Origin: Chrysochromulina tobinii
Lineage: Eukaryota
NCBI GenBank assembly: GCA_001275005.1
Contig: JWZX01003398.1
Coordinates: forward strand, 1 to 64,000
Length of the DNA: 64,000 bases
Direction of reading: 5' to 3'
Each line of letters begins with the position of its first letter. Position 1 is the first letter of the stretch. Shown piece after piece: positions 11,789 to 24,504 of the stretch. A model generated the notes under the pieces. That model was not told where the DNA came from. It ran no database searches and saw only the letters and a list, made by a program, of their open reading frames with translations. The position numbers and the translations under genes are program-made.

Positions 11789-12433
11789 CAGGCCGAGGCG
11801 CGAGGCGAGGCTGACGGGGCCGGAAGGCTGACGCGGGCCGAGGCGATGACGGAGGCGAGGCGATCCGATGGTCGCGCGAGGACGCGAGCAAATTATGAGC
11901 GGCGGTAGGGGCGTCGCTGCGATGCGATGGCACGCTGATGCAGGGGAGAGATGCGAGGTGTGCCTCTCATGCAATGTTCCGATAATGTTCCGATGGACAA
12001 AACGGGATGGGCCCGCTGGCTGCGTGACGCTGTGTGTGCTGCCCGTGGTGCCGACGCTCGCGTCGCGTCGCGCTGTGCGCATGGATTATCGGTACGATTT
12101 CTGTCGCAAGCGTTAAACTCATAAAACGCGTCACCCTTCCTGTTCCGCATCGCGTGAGATCGCGATCCTCGCCGCGCACACAATTCGCCGTCAACGACAA
12201 CCTCACACATATCGGGCACGCGGCACGGCCCCCGTGAGCTCGAGATCATCACCGCACCTGAGTCTTCTCCGCGTAGAACCCGAGCAAGATCGCCGCCGCG
12301 GCGCTTCCGTGACCCTCTCGCTATACCGCGCTCACTCATGGCCATATCACACAGCACGCATGGCCGTCTCACACAACGCCCCATTACACACGGGATGGAC
12401 CCCTCAGCTGTCCGGCAGCCTCCCAAGAGCTCA

Positions 12434-15400
12434 CTAATCTTTCAGCGCCTTGCCCCCCGTCGCCGCCAGCACCACGTCCTCCTCGTCATCGTCGCCAAGC
12501 AGGTTGGCGAGGAAGCCGGTCACTTTGGCGCCCGGACCCATCGGTGTCACCCCCTTGTACTTGTCGCACGCGGTGCGCGCGACGCACACGGGCAGCTCGT
12601 CGGGCAGCAGGCCTGACGAGGGCGTCGCCGCGGACGCGTAGAAGGCGGCCCTGGCTTGTGGCTCGGTTAGGCGCACCACGTAGCCGTCCACCATGATGTC
12701 CGAGAAGAGCAGCTTGCCCTCGAGCGTCTTCAGCCACTGATCCAGTTCGAGGAAGGGTCGGCCAGCCGAAACGAGCTCGTAGAACTGCGAGAGCTTCTCG
12801 AGCTGTGCACCGAGGGCGGCCTGCACCTCGGGCAGCGGCAGCGTCGTCTCGGCAAACTCTTGCGCGTACGTGTCGTGGCGCGCGTTGGGCAGCACCAGAT
12901 TGGTGAGCATGTCGGAGAGGCAGCCGGGCAACGGCACCTCCTCTCCAAATTTGTCCGCATTCTTCTGGTCCTTTCCGAGGCGCATGCCGTACTGCGGGTT
13001 GGCGCGGAAGAAGGAGATGCGCACGAGCATCGTGAGGAACTCATGCAGCTCGAGCACCGTGTCGTTCGAGCCCGCGTTCGCCTTGGTGAACTGGCCCGAC
13101 ATGGTGTCGAAGCTATACATGTCGGTGATCAGGCCGGCCTCGATGACGAAATCGTGGAACTCCTCCATGTCCATCTCGGTGGCCGAGCCCTCGAGTGACG
13201 AAGCTGCGTATGCCCTGAAGATGGAGGTGAGCGACTCGAGGTTACCCGCAAGCACGTCGTGCACGTCCTTCTCCCAGAGCGGGAAACCCGGCAGCGCCGA
13301 GAGCTGCAGCATCTCCCACGTCATCAGCCACTCGCGGTGCACCTCAGGCGAGACACCCTTGGGCGGCGCCGCCGCAGGCGTGTAGCGCTCGGCCGTGATG
13401 TACGTGGCCGCCGTGATCACCTGATCCTCGTTGAGGTCGCCGAGAATGTTGGCGATCATCGCCGCCACCTTCTCGCCCACCTTGATCTGCTCGACGGCGC
13501 GGTACTTGTCGCAGCCGCAGCGCGCGATGCACTCGAGCAGCTCGTCAAAGTCGAGCGTCGTGTCGTCGACCGCGCCGCCCGTCTCCTTCTGCGAGTTGAC
13601 GAAGGCCGCCTTGCACTGCGGCACCGACAGCCGGCACTTGAACTCGGTGCCCACGCGGTCGTCGCCCACGATGTCGGAGCCCTGCGTGCACGTGAAGGTG
13701 CCAATGACGTTGAGCGCCTGCAGCGTGGACACCCATTGGTTGATGCCCACTTTCTGGTTGTCGTCGAGCGGGATGGTCGCGTACCACGCCTGCAGGCGCG
13801 GCCGCCCCTCGGCGAGGGCTGCCTGCACCTCGGGCATCTGCATCGTCTTGGCGCGGAACTCGGCCGCGTCGTCGCGGTGCGCCTTGGGCAGAATGGCCTC
13901 GCGCAGCGTCTTCTCGAGGCAGAAGGGCACGGGGTAAATGGTGTCCTGGTGCTCCATCGTGAGCTCGCCGTACTCGGGGTTGATGCGGCCGAAGCTGACG
14001 CGCGTGATCACGTTGAGGAACTCGTATAGCACGAGCTCCGAGTTGGCCGCGGGGCCGGCGAGGCCCTTGCCTGACTTGTCGGCCTTGGTGAAGCACTCCT
14101 TCATCTGGTTGAAGGTGTACACGGCCGGCTCCGCGCCCTTCATAATGGCCAGCTTCGTCTCGAGGCCGCAGTCGATGACGAAGTCGTGGAACTCCTCCAT
14201 GTCCATTGTCCTCGACGAGTCGCTCGTCGCCGTCTCGCCGAGCGACTTGCAATAGGAGCGGAAGATGGAGGCGAGCTCCTTGAAGTTGGCGTGCAGCAGG
14301 TCGTGCACCTCCGCCTCCCACAGCGGGAAGCCGTACAGGCCCATCAGGTCGAGCTGCTTGAACTCGGCAAGGAAAGCTGCGTGCTCCTCGGGCGTCTCGT
14401 CCTTGAGCGGCTGCGACTCAGACACGTCATAGCGCACCGCGCGGATGTACGTCGCCTGGCGCATGCAATCCTCCTCCGAGGCCTCGCCGAAGAAGTTCAT
14501 GCAGAAGGCTTTCACCTTCTGCGAGTTCTCCATCTGCTTGACAGCCGAGTATTTGGCCACGGCCATGCGCGCGATGCACTCGAGCCACTCGTCGAAGTCG
14601 AGCACCGAGGCCGAGCTGACGGCGTCGCCCTTGCCGACCGTGAGCTGCTCGGTGCTTTGCGAGTCCATGAAGGCGGCCTTGCACGTGGGGATCGAGAGGC
14701 GCATCTTGATGTTGCCCTTGGTCGACTCGTCGCCGGTGATCTCGGACATCTGCTCGATCTCCCACTCGCCCACGATGTCCTGCCGGTCGAGCACGCGCAG
14801 CCACTCGTCGAAGCCGAGCTTGTCCGAGACAAGGCCCTTGCCCTCGGAATCGTCGAGCACCTTCTTATCGTACCATTCCTTGAGCTTGGGCTTGTAGTTC
14901 TCGAGGACGGCAAGCAGCTTCGGGTCGTTCATCTCCTTGTTGCGGAAGGCGGCGGAGTTCTCGCGCTTGGCGCGTGGCAGGATGATCTCGTTGAGCACCG
15001 TCGAGAGTGCGAGGGCGACCGGCACGAGCTCGTCCTTGTTGCCGTGCAACCCAAAATTCGGGTTGGCGCGCCAGAAGGAGATGCGCACGAGCATGTTGAG
15101 GAACTCGTACAGCACGAGCTCCGCGTCCTTCTTGGCCTCCTCGCCGAGCGCTGTGCCCTTGACCTTCTTCGGAGCCGCAGCGTCGCGCGCCCACTGCGGC
15201 TTGTCGTTGCCACGCGACTGCGCGTCGCGCTTCTCGTCCTGACGCTGCGCGCGCACCTGCGCCGTGTTGGTCGCGTTCGCCTTGATGAACTGCGTCGACA
15301 TGACGTCGAACTTGTACTGCTTGGTCTCGAGGCCGACGTCGACGACGAAGTCGTGGAATTCGTCCATCGACATCTCCATCGCGTCCTCGGCGCTGTCCTC

Positions 15401-18400
15401 CGAGATGGAGCGCGTGTACGCGAGGAAGATGAGCTGCAGCTCCTTGAAGAGGGGGTGCATGATGTCGTGCACCTCCTTCTCCCAGATCGGCCACAGGTGC
15501 ACGTCCATGATCTCCATACGCGACCAGCAGTCGAGCCACTTGTCGAGGTCCGCCTGCGACTCGCCCTTGAGCGGCTTCGTCTCCTTGGCATCGTACCGCT
15601 TGGCGTGGATGTACGTCGCCTCAATGACGACCTCGTCGGGGGTCTTCTCGCCGAGCAGGTTCTGCAAGAAGCCCTGCACCGCGAGCGCGGGAGAGACCTC
15701 GCGCACGGCGCGGTACTTGTCGATGCCGAGGCGCGCACAGCACTCGAGGAACTCCTCAAAGTCGAGCACGGCGAGCGCATCGGTGCCCGAGCTCTGGGCG
15801 GCGCCGATCTGGTCCGACGGCTGGGAGTCCATGAAGGCCATCTTGACCTGCGGCATCGAGAGGCGCCACTTGTACTCGGTCTTGCACGCGGGGTCGCCGG
15901 TGATGTCCGACTCGCGGTAGCACTGCCAGATACCGACGAGATCCTTCTCGTCGCAGACGCGCATCCACTGCTCCATGCTGAGCTTGTCGGTGATGTCGGT
16001 CTGCTTCGAGTCATCCGAGGTGGCCTCGTTGTACCAGGTCTTGAGTTTGGGACGGTACTCGTCGAGCACCTTGAGGACTGAGAGCTCGGTCATCACCGTC
16101 TCGCGGAAGACGGCCGACGTGTCCTTGCGCGCGCGCGGCAGGATCTCATCCTCGATCATCGTCTGCAGGCAGCCGTTGTCGTGCATGCCCGAGCCGGGGT
16201 AGTTGCACAGGTGGACCACCGCCTTCTTGTTGCCGTAGTTGCCAAAGGTCGGGTTGGCGCGCTGGAAGGCGATGCGCACGAGGAGACCGATGAACTCGTA
16301 CAGCACGAGCTCCTGGTCCTTCTTGGCCTCCTGCCCGTCGTTGGTGCCCTTGACCTTTGCGACGACCTCGGTCGTGCGCCCGTCCTGCTTGGTGGCGGAG
16401 GTGCGGCGAGACTCCGCGTGCTGATCCCGCACCGCCCCGCTGTTGGTGGCGTTCGCCTTGATGAAGTTGTTGGTCATCAGGTCGAAGTTGACCTGCTTCG
16501 TCTCGAGGCCGCACTCATCGATGAAGTCGTGGAACTCGGCCATCTCCATCTCCATCGCGTCCTCAGCCGAGCCGGAGCCGAGCAGCGAGCGGCAGTAGGC
16601 GAGGAAGATGAGGGTGAGCTCGGCAAAGTGCTTCTGCAGAATGTCGTGCACGCCCTTTTCCCAGAGCGGGAAGTAGTACATGTCCGAGATCTCGAGCCGC
16701 TGCCACACCTCGAGCCACTTCTTGTGCTCCTTGAGCGACTGTCCGGGCAACGTCTGCGAGTAGCGCTTCCAGTTGTAGCGCTCCGCCTTGATGAGCGTCG
16801 CCGTGTTCATGCACTCCTCCGTGTTCTCCTCGCCGAGCAGGTTCTTGCAGAACGAGGTGATCATCACGGCGGCCGACATCTGGCGGATGGGCTTGTACTT
16901 GTCGAGCGCGCAGCGCGCGATGCACTCCTTGAACTCGTCAAACTCGAGCGTGGTCATCGCGTCCGTGTCCTTGGCCTGGCCTACGGTGAGCTGGTCGAGC
17001 GATTGCGAGTTGATGAAGGCGAACTTGGCCTGCGGCAGCGAGAGGGAGATCTTGAACTTGTTGCGGCAGCGCTCATCGCCGGTGATCTCGGAGTCCTGGA
17101 AGATCTCCCAGTTGCCCACGCCGTTGCCCGGCGTGTAGCCCTGCGCGCGCGCATCGGCGCCCCAGCCCTTCTTGAGCAGGTCTTGCCACTGCTGGTACTG
17201 GAGCTTGCGGCCCTCGCCACGGAGGAACATGGACTGCGTGTGCACGTCGAACCACTCCTTGAGGCGCTTCTCATAGCGGGAGAGCGCCGTGAGCATCGAC
17301 TTGTCGCCCGCGAGACGCTCCTTGAAGAGAGCCGAGTCGTCGCGCTTGGCGTTGGGCAGCACGACTTCGTGTAGCATCTGATGCAGGCAGTCGGGCAGCG
17401 GCACGAGCTTGTTCGCGAGCTTGTTGATGCCGTGGAAGGGGTTGGCACGCCAGAAGCCGATGCGGATGAGCACCTCGACGAACTCGTAGAGCACGAGCTC
17501 CTGATCCATTTCGTCCTCGCGGCCCTTGTTGGCCGACTTGGAACGTTTGTTGGTCTGCGCCATGGCCTTCGAGGCCGAGCCCACGCCCTCCATCTTGGCC
17601 GCGGAGGTGCCCGCCTCCTGCTTGCGCTGCTGCATGACGGCGTTCGAGTTGAGCGCGTTGGCCTTCTTGAACATGTTGCACATGACGTCGAACTTGAGGT
17701 CCTTGGTCTCGAGCCCAACGTCCTTGACGAGGTCCTTGAACTCGGTCATGGTCATCTCGACGGCGTCCTCGGCCGTGGTCGAGCCGCCAATCGACTTGGC
17801 GTAGTGCGCGAAGATGTTGGTCAGGTCCTGGAAGCACTCCTGCAGGCAGTCGAAGACGCCCTTCTCCCAGAGCGGGAAGTAGTGCAGGTCGGCGATCTCG
17901 ATGTTCTGCCAGCAGTCGCACCACTTGCGGTGCGCCGCGAGCGACTGGCCGGGCAGCGGCTTCGAGAGCTTCCAGTTGTAGCGCTCCGCGTGGATGTAGG
18001 TCGCATCACGGATGACAGCCTCGTCCGTCTTCTCACCAAGAATGTTCTGGAAGACGCCGCGCACGCCGTCGGCGAGCGACATGAGCTTGATCTCGCCGTA
18101 CTTGTCGCGCGCGCAGCGCGAGAGGCACTCGAGGAACTCGCCGTAGTCGAGGGTGGCCATCGCGTCGTTGTCACCCGCGTCGCCCGCAGCCATCTGCTCG
18201 AGCGACTGCGAGTTGAGGAACGCGTACTTGGCCTCGAGGATCGTGAGGCGGCAGGTATACTTCTCCTTGCACCGCTCGTCGCCCGTGATGTCCGACTCGC
18301 GTTGGACGGTGCAGTCGCCCACGAATGCGCCCTCGGGTAGGCCGGCGCCCTCGCCCACTTTGGTTTGGACTTTTGCCTTCTCCATGTGCTTCGAGCCCTT

Positions 18401-21400
18401 CTTCTTCGTGAACTGAAGGAAGCCGCGCGCGATGTCCATCCAGGTCTCCATCGAGAGCTTGTTGTCGATCTTGCCCTTGACGGCGGTGAGGAGGTTGACC
18501 TCCTGGTAGTAGAAGGTGAGCTTCGAGCGGTACTCCTCGAAGACAGCCTGCACCTCGGCGTCCTGCGCGATCTCGTCGCGGAAGAGCGACGACATGTCCT
18601 GCTTCGCGTTCGGGATCAGCACCTCCTCGAGCATCTTCTTGAGGCAGCCCGGCAGCTCGACGAGCTTGGCCTTGTTGTCGTACTGGCCGTGCTTCGGGTT
18701 GGCGCGCAGGAAGGCGATACGCACGAGGCAGCCGAGGAACTCGGTCAGGGTCAGTCGGTTGTCGGGCTTCTTGATCTTCATCGAGCCTGGCTCGGGGTAG
18801 TCCGAGGAGAAGCGATCGCAAGTGAGGTGCTTGGGCAGCTCCTGGAATTTGGTCTCGCCCTTCTTGCCGTCGTGCGCCGAGCGCGCGGCCTGGCGGGCGA
18901 TCTCCTCGAGCTCGCGTTGCACCTGGACGTTACGGCGGCCGGCCATGCGTTCCATGAAGACGGTGGCCGAGTCGGACGCGTTTGCCTTGGCGAACACGTT
19001 GGTCATCGTCGTGAAGTTGATCATGCGCGTCTCAAGCTTCGAGTCCTTGATGAAGTCGTGGAACTCCTCGAGCTCCATCTCGAGCGCGTCGGCGGCCGAG
19101 TCGATGCCCGAGATGCCCTTGGTGTAGTGCGAGAAGATGCGCATCAGCACAGAAAAGTGCCCCTGCAGCGTGTCGTGCACGCCCTTCTCCCAGAGCGGAA
19201 AGTGGTGGATGTCGACGAGCACCATGTTCTCCCAGCACTGGCACCAGAGCTTGTGCTGCGCGGGCGAGAAGCCGGGGAGCATCTTGGTCTGCTTCTGCCA
19301 GTCGTACCGGTCCGCCTTGATCACGGTGGCCTCCCACATGCACATCTCGGGCGACTTTTCGAAGAAGAGGTTTTGGATCCACGAGCGCACGGCGTCCGCC
19401 ATGGTCATCGCCTTGCGGTTGTGCGAGGGCAGGTACGTCGTGAGCATGTGCTCGTACATGTTGACCGCGCAGCGGCAGATGCATTCGAGGAGCTCACTGA
19501 AGTCGAGTGTGGCGATGTCCGACGAGTCGGCATCGACCTCGCCACCCTCGACCTGCTCAACCGACTGCGAGCGCAGGAAATTCCAGCGGCACTGCGGGAT
19601 CGAGAGCTTCGCCTTGAAGGTCATCTGGTTCTTCTTGGCGGTCCGCTCGTCGCCCGTGATCTGCGACTCCTGCGAGAGGTACCACTCGCCCACCATCTTG
19701 GGGCACGGCGGCTTGGCGCCGCGCGCCCCCTGCGTGTCCGCGTCGGGCCCGTCCATGAGCTCCACCCACCTCTTGTATGTAATCTTCGGGTTCGGGTTGA
19801 GCGTGGAGCGCTCCTTGCGCAGGATGGGGCGCAGCCACGCCTGCAGGCGGTCGCGGTACTCCGTGAGCACGCCCTGCGTGGCCGCATCTGCCTGAAGCAC
19901 TTTCTTGAACTCGCCCGAGGTGTCACGGCGCGCGTTGGGCAGGATGCACTCCTCGAGCAGGATCTGAGTCGACTCGGGCACCGGCGTGAGGTCCTTCTTG
20001 TTGTACTTGGAGCCCCACTGCGGGTTGGCGCGCCAGAAGGCGATGCGCACGAGCAGGTTGATGAACTCAAAGAGGTTGAGCTGCGCGTCGACCTCCTTGG
20101 CGACCCGAGCGCCCTTGGACGAGTCGGTGACCTTGCGGTCCTGCTGCGCCTTGAGCGCCTTGTCGCGCACCGTCATCTGGCCGCCGATGGTGCCAAACTT
20201 GGGCGCCTTGTTGCGCTCCGAGGAGCCCGACGTGGCGACCTTGGCCTGCGAGTTGGCCGTCGTGAAGTGGCGCGTGAGCTCGTCGATCTTAAACTCCTTC
20301 GTGCAGATGTCGCAGTCCTTGGCGACCGAGAGCATCTCCATCAGCCCGATGCGCGTCGCGTTGCCGATGTTCTCGGAGCCTGCGATCGAAGCGCCGCAGT
20401 AGTACAGGAAGATGGCCTGGAGCTCGGGGAAGGCGCTCTGCAGCACGTCGTGCAGCTGCGTCTCCCAGAGCGGGTAGCCGTACAGATCCTTGAAGGTCAT
20501 GTTCTTCCAGCAGACGAGCCAGTTCTTCTGCACGGCCGCCTTGACCTTCTCGTCGTACGCCGAGGCGCCCTCCATGTCGTCGCCCACCGAGAAGGTCGCC
20601 GCGTCGAGCACCTCGAGCTCCGTCGCCTCGTTGAGCACGTTCTTGAGCATGCCTTCGATTCGCTTTGCGAAGGTCATGTCCATGACCGTCATGTACTTCT
20701 TGTCGCCGCAGCGCGCGAGCGCCTCGAGCATGGCGGGCAGCTCGTAGTTGGGCATGTTCACGGCGAGATCCTGCGCGGTCTGCGAGTCCATGAAGGCGTG
20801 ACGCGCCTGCAGCTCGGTCAGCGACGACTTGTGTGTGACAAGGATACCACTCGCTTGGGTGGCGTCGAGGGTACGGATGCCGAGCGAGCCAGTCTCCTCG
20901 AGAGCGGCAATGTACTGCGTGAACACGTCCGTGTTCGTCTTCTCCGCCTTCTCGTGCAGCTTTTGGAGCCACGCCGCCGTCTTCTCCGAGTACGAGTCCA
21001 TCACAGCCTTGGCCTCAGCATCGCCCTTGAGAACCGCCGTGAACTCGGTCTTGTTGCCGGTCTTCATCTTGGGCAGGAACTCGGTCATCATGTTTGTCAC
21101 GCACTGCAGCAGCGGCACGGTCTCCTGGGTCATTTTGGGCGCGCCTGGCAGCTGCGGCGTGTATCGCGGGTTCTCGCGGTAGAAGGCCAAGTTGATGAGC
21201 AGCGTCAGGAATTGCTCGACGCCGAGCGACGTGCCATCCTCCGAATCAAGACCAATGCCCTTGGCGCCGCCCTTGAGGTTGAAGAGGCGAGTCATCTGGG
21301 TAATGTCGTACACCTTCAGCTCAAGGCGCGCATCCTTGATGAGCTGCTTGAAGCCAGCTGCGCGGTGCACGGGTGGCAGGGTGGTATGGGTGAGCGGTGT

Positions 21401-21896
21401 GGCGGCGGCGGTGGCATGACTCACAGTGCAAGGGGCGCTGCGGCGCCGTGTGTTCAGCAAAGGAAAAGGGAGATGGGGCGTAATGCATGGAGACGCAAGA
21501 CGAGGCAGTGATGGCACGGTAGTTGCTTGCCCCCTCAAGGGGCGCTCCCACGTGAGCTTGGGCCAAGTGGCTGAGCGCACCAAGCTTGCAGCGTGTCGCC
21601 ATCTCCATGGTCTTGCAATCCGAGAATTTGCAGCAGTGCGCGAACACCTCGATGAGCTGCTTGTACTTGCTGCTCAGGATCTCAATGATTTGCGCTGGAT
21701 CGGCGACCGGAAGGCCATCGAAGCTGACCTGCTGGAGCACCTCTTCCTTCGTCTTTGCCGGCGCAAACGTCTGCACCTCGTCGGTGGGCTCGGTGGTCGC
21801 AGCGACGATCGAAGTCGTGCCACTCTCTCCTTTCTTGGCTGAGGTAGGCTTCTTACCCGGCGAAGGCTTCGATGCCGAGGCGGGCTTGGGTGCCAT
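12434..21896 (-). CDS. Giant ~3,079-aa protein of 8 tandem helical repeats (EF-hand/p25-alpha-like); exons 21896-21581 and 21357-12434
   Basis: GT-AG intron 21358..21580 joins RCKL-A-GFKQ in frame. Recurring motifs PLWE(K)xVHD (7 clear plus 1 degenerate), M(E/D)xxEFHDF, ELVLYEFxxxLxRIxFxRANP and LDFxEFLECIARC. Confidence 0.9.
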
Positions 21897-22376
21897 GTTC
21901 GCGGCGACCCCAAGCAGAGGCTTCGCGTGCCAGCCTGCCAAAAGTGCCGGCCCAAAGAGAAATACTTCGTTTCGCTGCGTTGGCACCGTGAATTGGGAAA
22001 AACGGGAAACCCGGAAGGTGGTCGAAACGGCCCTTTCATGCTGTCAGTCCAGACAGAAGTTAAGTCGCGGTCCCCCCGCGCTCACTAGCCTACTGCAAGG
22101 GAGGGGGGGGATGATTGTGTAAACTGTGAAGGGCACGCTCTCGACACCGCGGACCGCGCGCGACCGCGGCACGGTCCATGTTTGTTGACTCGTGTGAACC
22201 CGTTTTCTTCTCACGAAAAGCTGATCGTCGCACATTGTCCTCTTTCTGTGCAAGTTCTTGGAAAATGGATTTCCAAAGTCTACCGTCGCGACTCTCGGGC
22301 AAAGCGCGCCCGGGCCTCGCCCATTTCCGCTTTTGCTCGATCGGGAAAGCTCGATCGAGGTCCTTTCTCTCCGCCC

Positions 22377-24462
22377 ATGGCGGATAGGTCGGAGCCGACG
22401 AGCCGTACAGCTCCTAAGCAGCTAAAGAAAGCGCAAGATCAGAAGCAGGCGCTCGCATCGCTCTGGCTCGACTCATTGATGATGCCGGCGCAGCAACTCG
22501 CGCAGTGCCTGAGTGTGCACGCGCGGGTGCCGCTGCCAGGGGAGCGTACCGCCGTGCGTCCTGTCGTGCGAGTCCAGCTACGCGGAAGCAACGCCGCCCC
22601 TGCCGAGTTCACCGAGATCCTGCTTGCTGTCATGCACCTCCTCATCTACGACCACGATAAGTACGTACAGAAGGTGCAGTCGCTTCTGATGACCATCACT
22701 TCGATCAAGTCGGCCCAGACGCCCTGCGCTGCCCTGATCCTCCCAATGCTACGCATGCACGAGGACTTCCTTCGCAAGGTCGTCTCGGCTTGCTACTATT
22801 GGGTCGGCTCCAACCGGCAGCCACTCCTCGCGCTCAACATCCTCTCGAGCTTTGTGGTCCCAAGTACCTCTGTCGACCTGCCCGCGGCGCGCCAGACGTG
22901 CGCGCTCATCCGCGGGTGGCCGAAATTCTCGCTGCTCGTGCAGGCGTCGCTGCGGCTCGCTCAGGAGCCCGCTACGGCGCTCGTCCTCGGCCGCTTCTGG
23001 GACGCGGTGTTGGGCACTCCGCCACAGTCGGAGCCCGATAGCGCTGCGCTCGCGGATGCGTTGGGCGACCTTGCCAAATCGAGCGACCTCGAGGCGTCCC
23101 TGGATCTGCTGCTGCTCGGGCTGCAGACGCGAGCGCGCGAAGCTTCGATTATCTCGCGCTTTGGCGGCCTCGCCCCGCTCCTCAGGATCACAAGTGCTCT
23201 GCTCATGGCCGACAAGCTCCTTGCGGCCATCGCCGAGCGGGGCGCTCTCTGGTAGCGCGTGCCCTCGGAGTGCCCTCTGAGTGCCCTCGGAATGACCTCG
23301 GAGTGACCTCAATCTGACCTCGGAGTGACCTCGGAGTGACCTCAATCTGACCTCGGAGTGATCTCGGAGTGACCTCAATCTGACCTCGGAGTGATCTCGG
23401 AGTGACCTCAATCTGACCTCAATCTGACCTCCGGTGGCCATCGCACACTCTCAGGTACTTGGTGCACATGGTGGTGGCGATCATGGACGTGGCGGCCGAG
23501 GCAATGAGTGGTGGGTCGGCCAAGTGCACCTCGATGCACGACCTGTTAGCTGCTATGTCACTGGAGGTCATCGCCGTCTCCGTCACCTCAGCCGGCCTGC
23601 TGCCCCATTTCTTGAACCCGGGGGCCTCAGCAGCCGCGGGTGCGCCACCGGGCATGGAGCCTGCGTCTCTGGAGCGCCCTCTGCGCGTCCGGCTCGAGAA
23701 GCTGGTGGCTATCGCCATAGAGCGGCACGCGCAGCCATACCCGCTGCCGCCGCTCGCGCGCCTCCCTGACGCGGTGCGCCGCCTCTACAGCACCATGGAC
23801 CGATATGGAGGCACCCTGCTCATCGAGATGCTGCAGGCAAATGCGATGGATGAGGCCGGCGTTCGGGCGGTCAACCGCCATCTGCTCGTGCTTCCGGAAC
23901 TCGCGCCGGGAGCTGGCGATGGGCAGGTCCCAGAAAGGGGTGCGAGTCTCCGCTCGCTCTCGTTATCGCGGAGCGCCGTCCTGGGCGGCGCGCCTCGTGC
24001 GCGCGAGCTGCCGAGAGTGGAGGTGCTTCCCGCCGAGTTGACGCGCCATAGCACGTGCTATCCCGTGCTGCCGCCCAGCCAACGCTTCGAGCTGATCAAT
24101 GTCAACGTGGCCCAGAGGCATGCCTACGTACCCACGGTATCCATTGTTGGCAGCGGCAGAGGCGTCGGCGTCGGCGTCAGCGTCGGCGTCGGCGTCGGTG
24201 TCGGCAGCGGCGTCGGCAGCAGTGTGAGCGAGGGCGATGATGGCGAGCGCATCGGTCTAGTGGACGACGGCAATGACGTCGATCGGGACGGCACATTTCC
24301 TCCCGAGACCGAGCCAGATCGAGATCCAGATCGAGATCGAGATCGGGACGGCACACTTCCTCTCGAGCCCGAGCCGGATGGCCCTTGGCGGCCGGCTCCA
24401 TCGAAGGCCAACGGCAGCGGCAACACCGAGTCCATTAAGCTGGAAGGCGCTGACGACACCAT

Positions 24463-24504
<42 letters not shown>

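Noticed and set aside
13259..21511. Long plus-strand ORFs (14186..16081, 16181..17374, 18365..21511)
   Set aside because: Antisense shadows of the GC3-rich giant minus-strand gene; no motifs.
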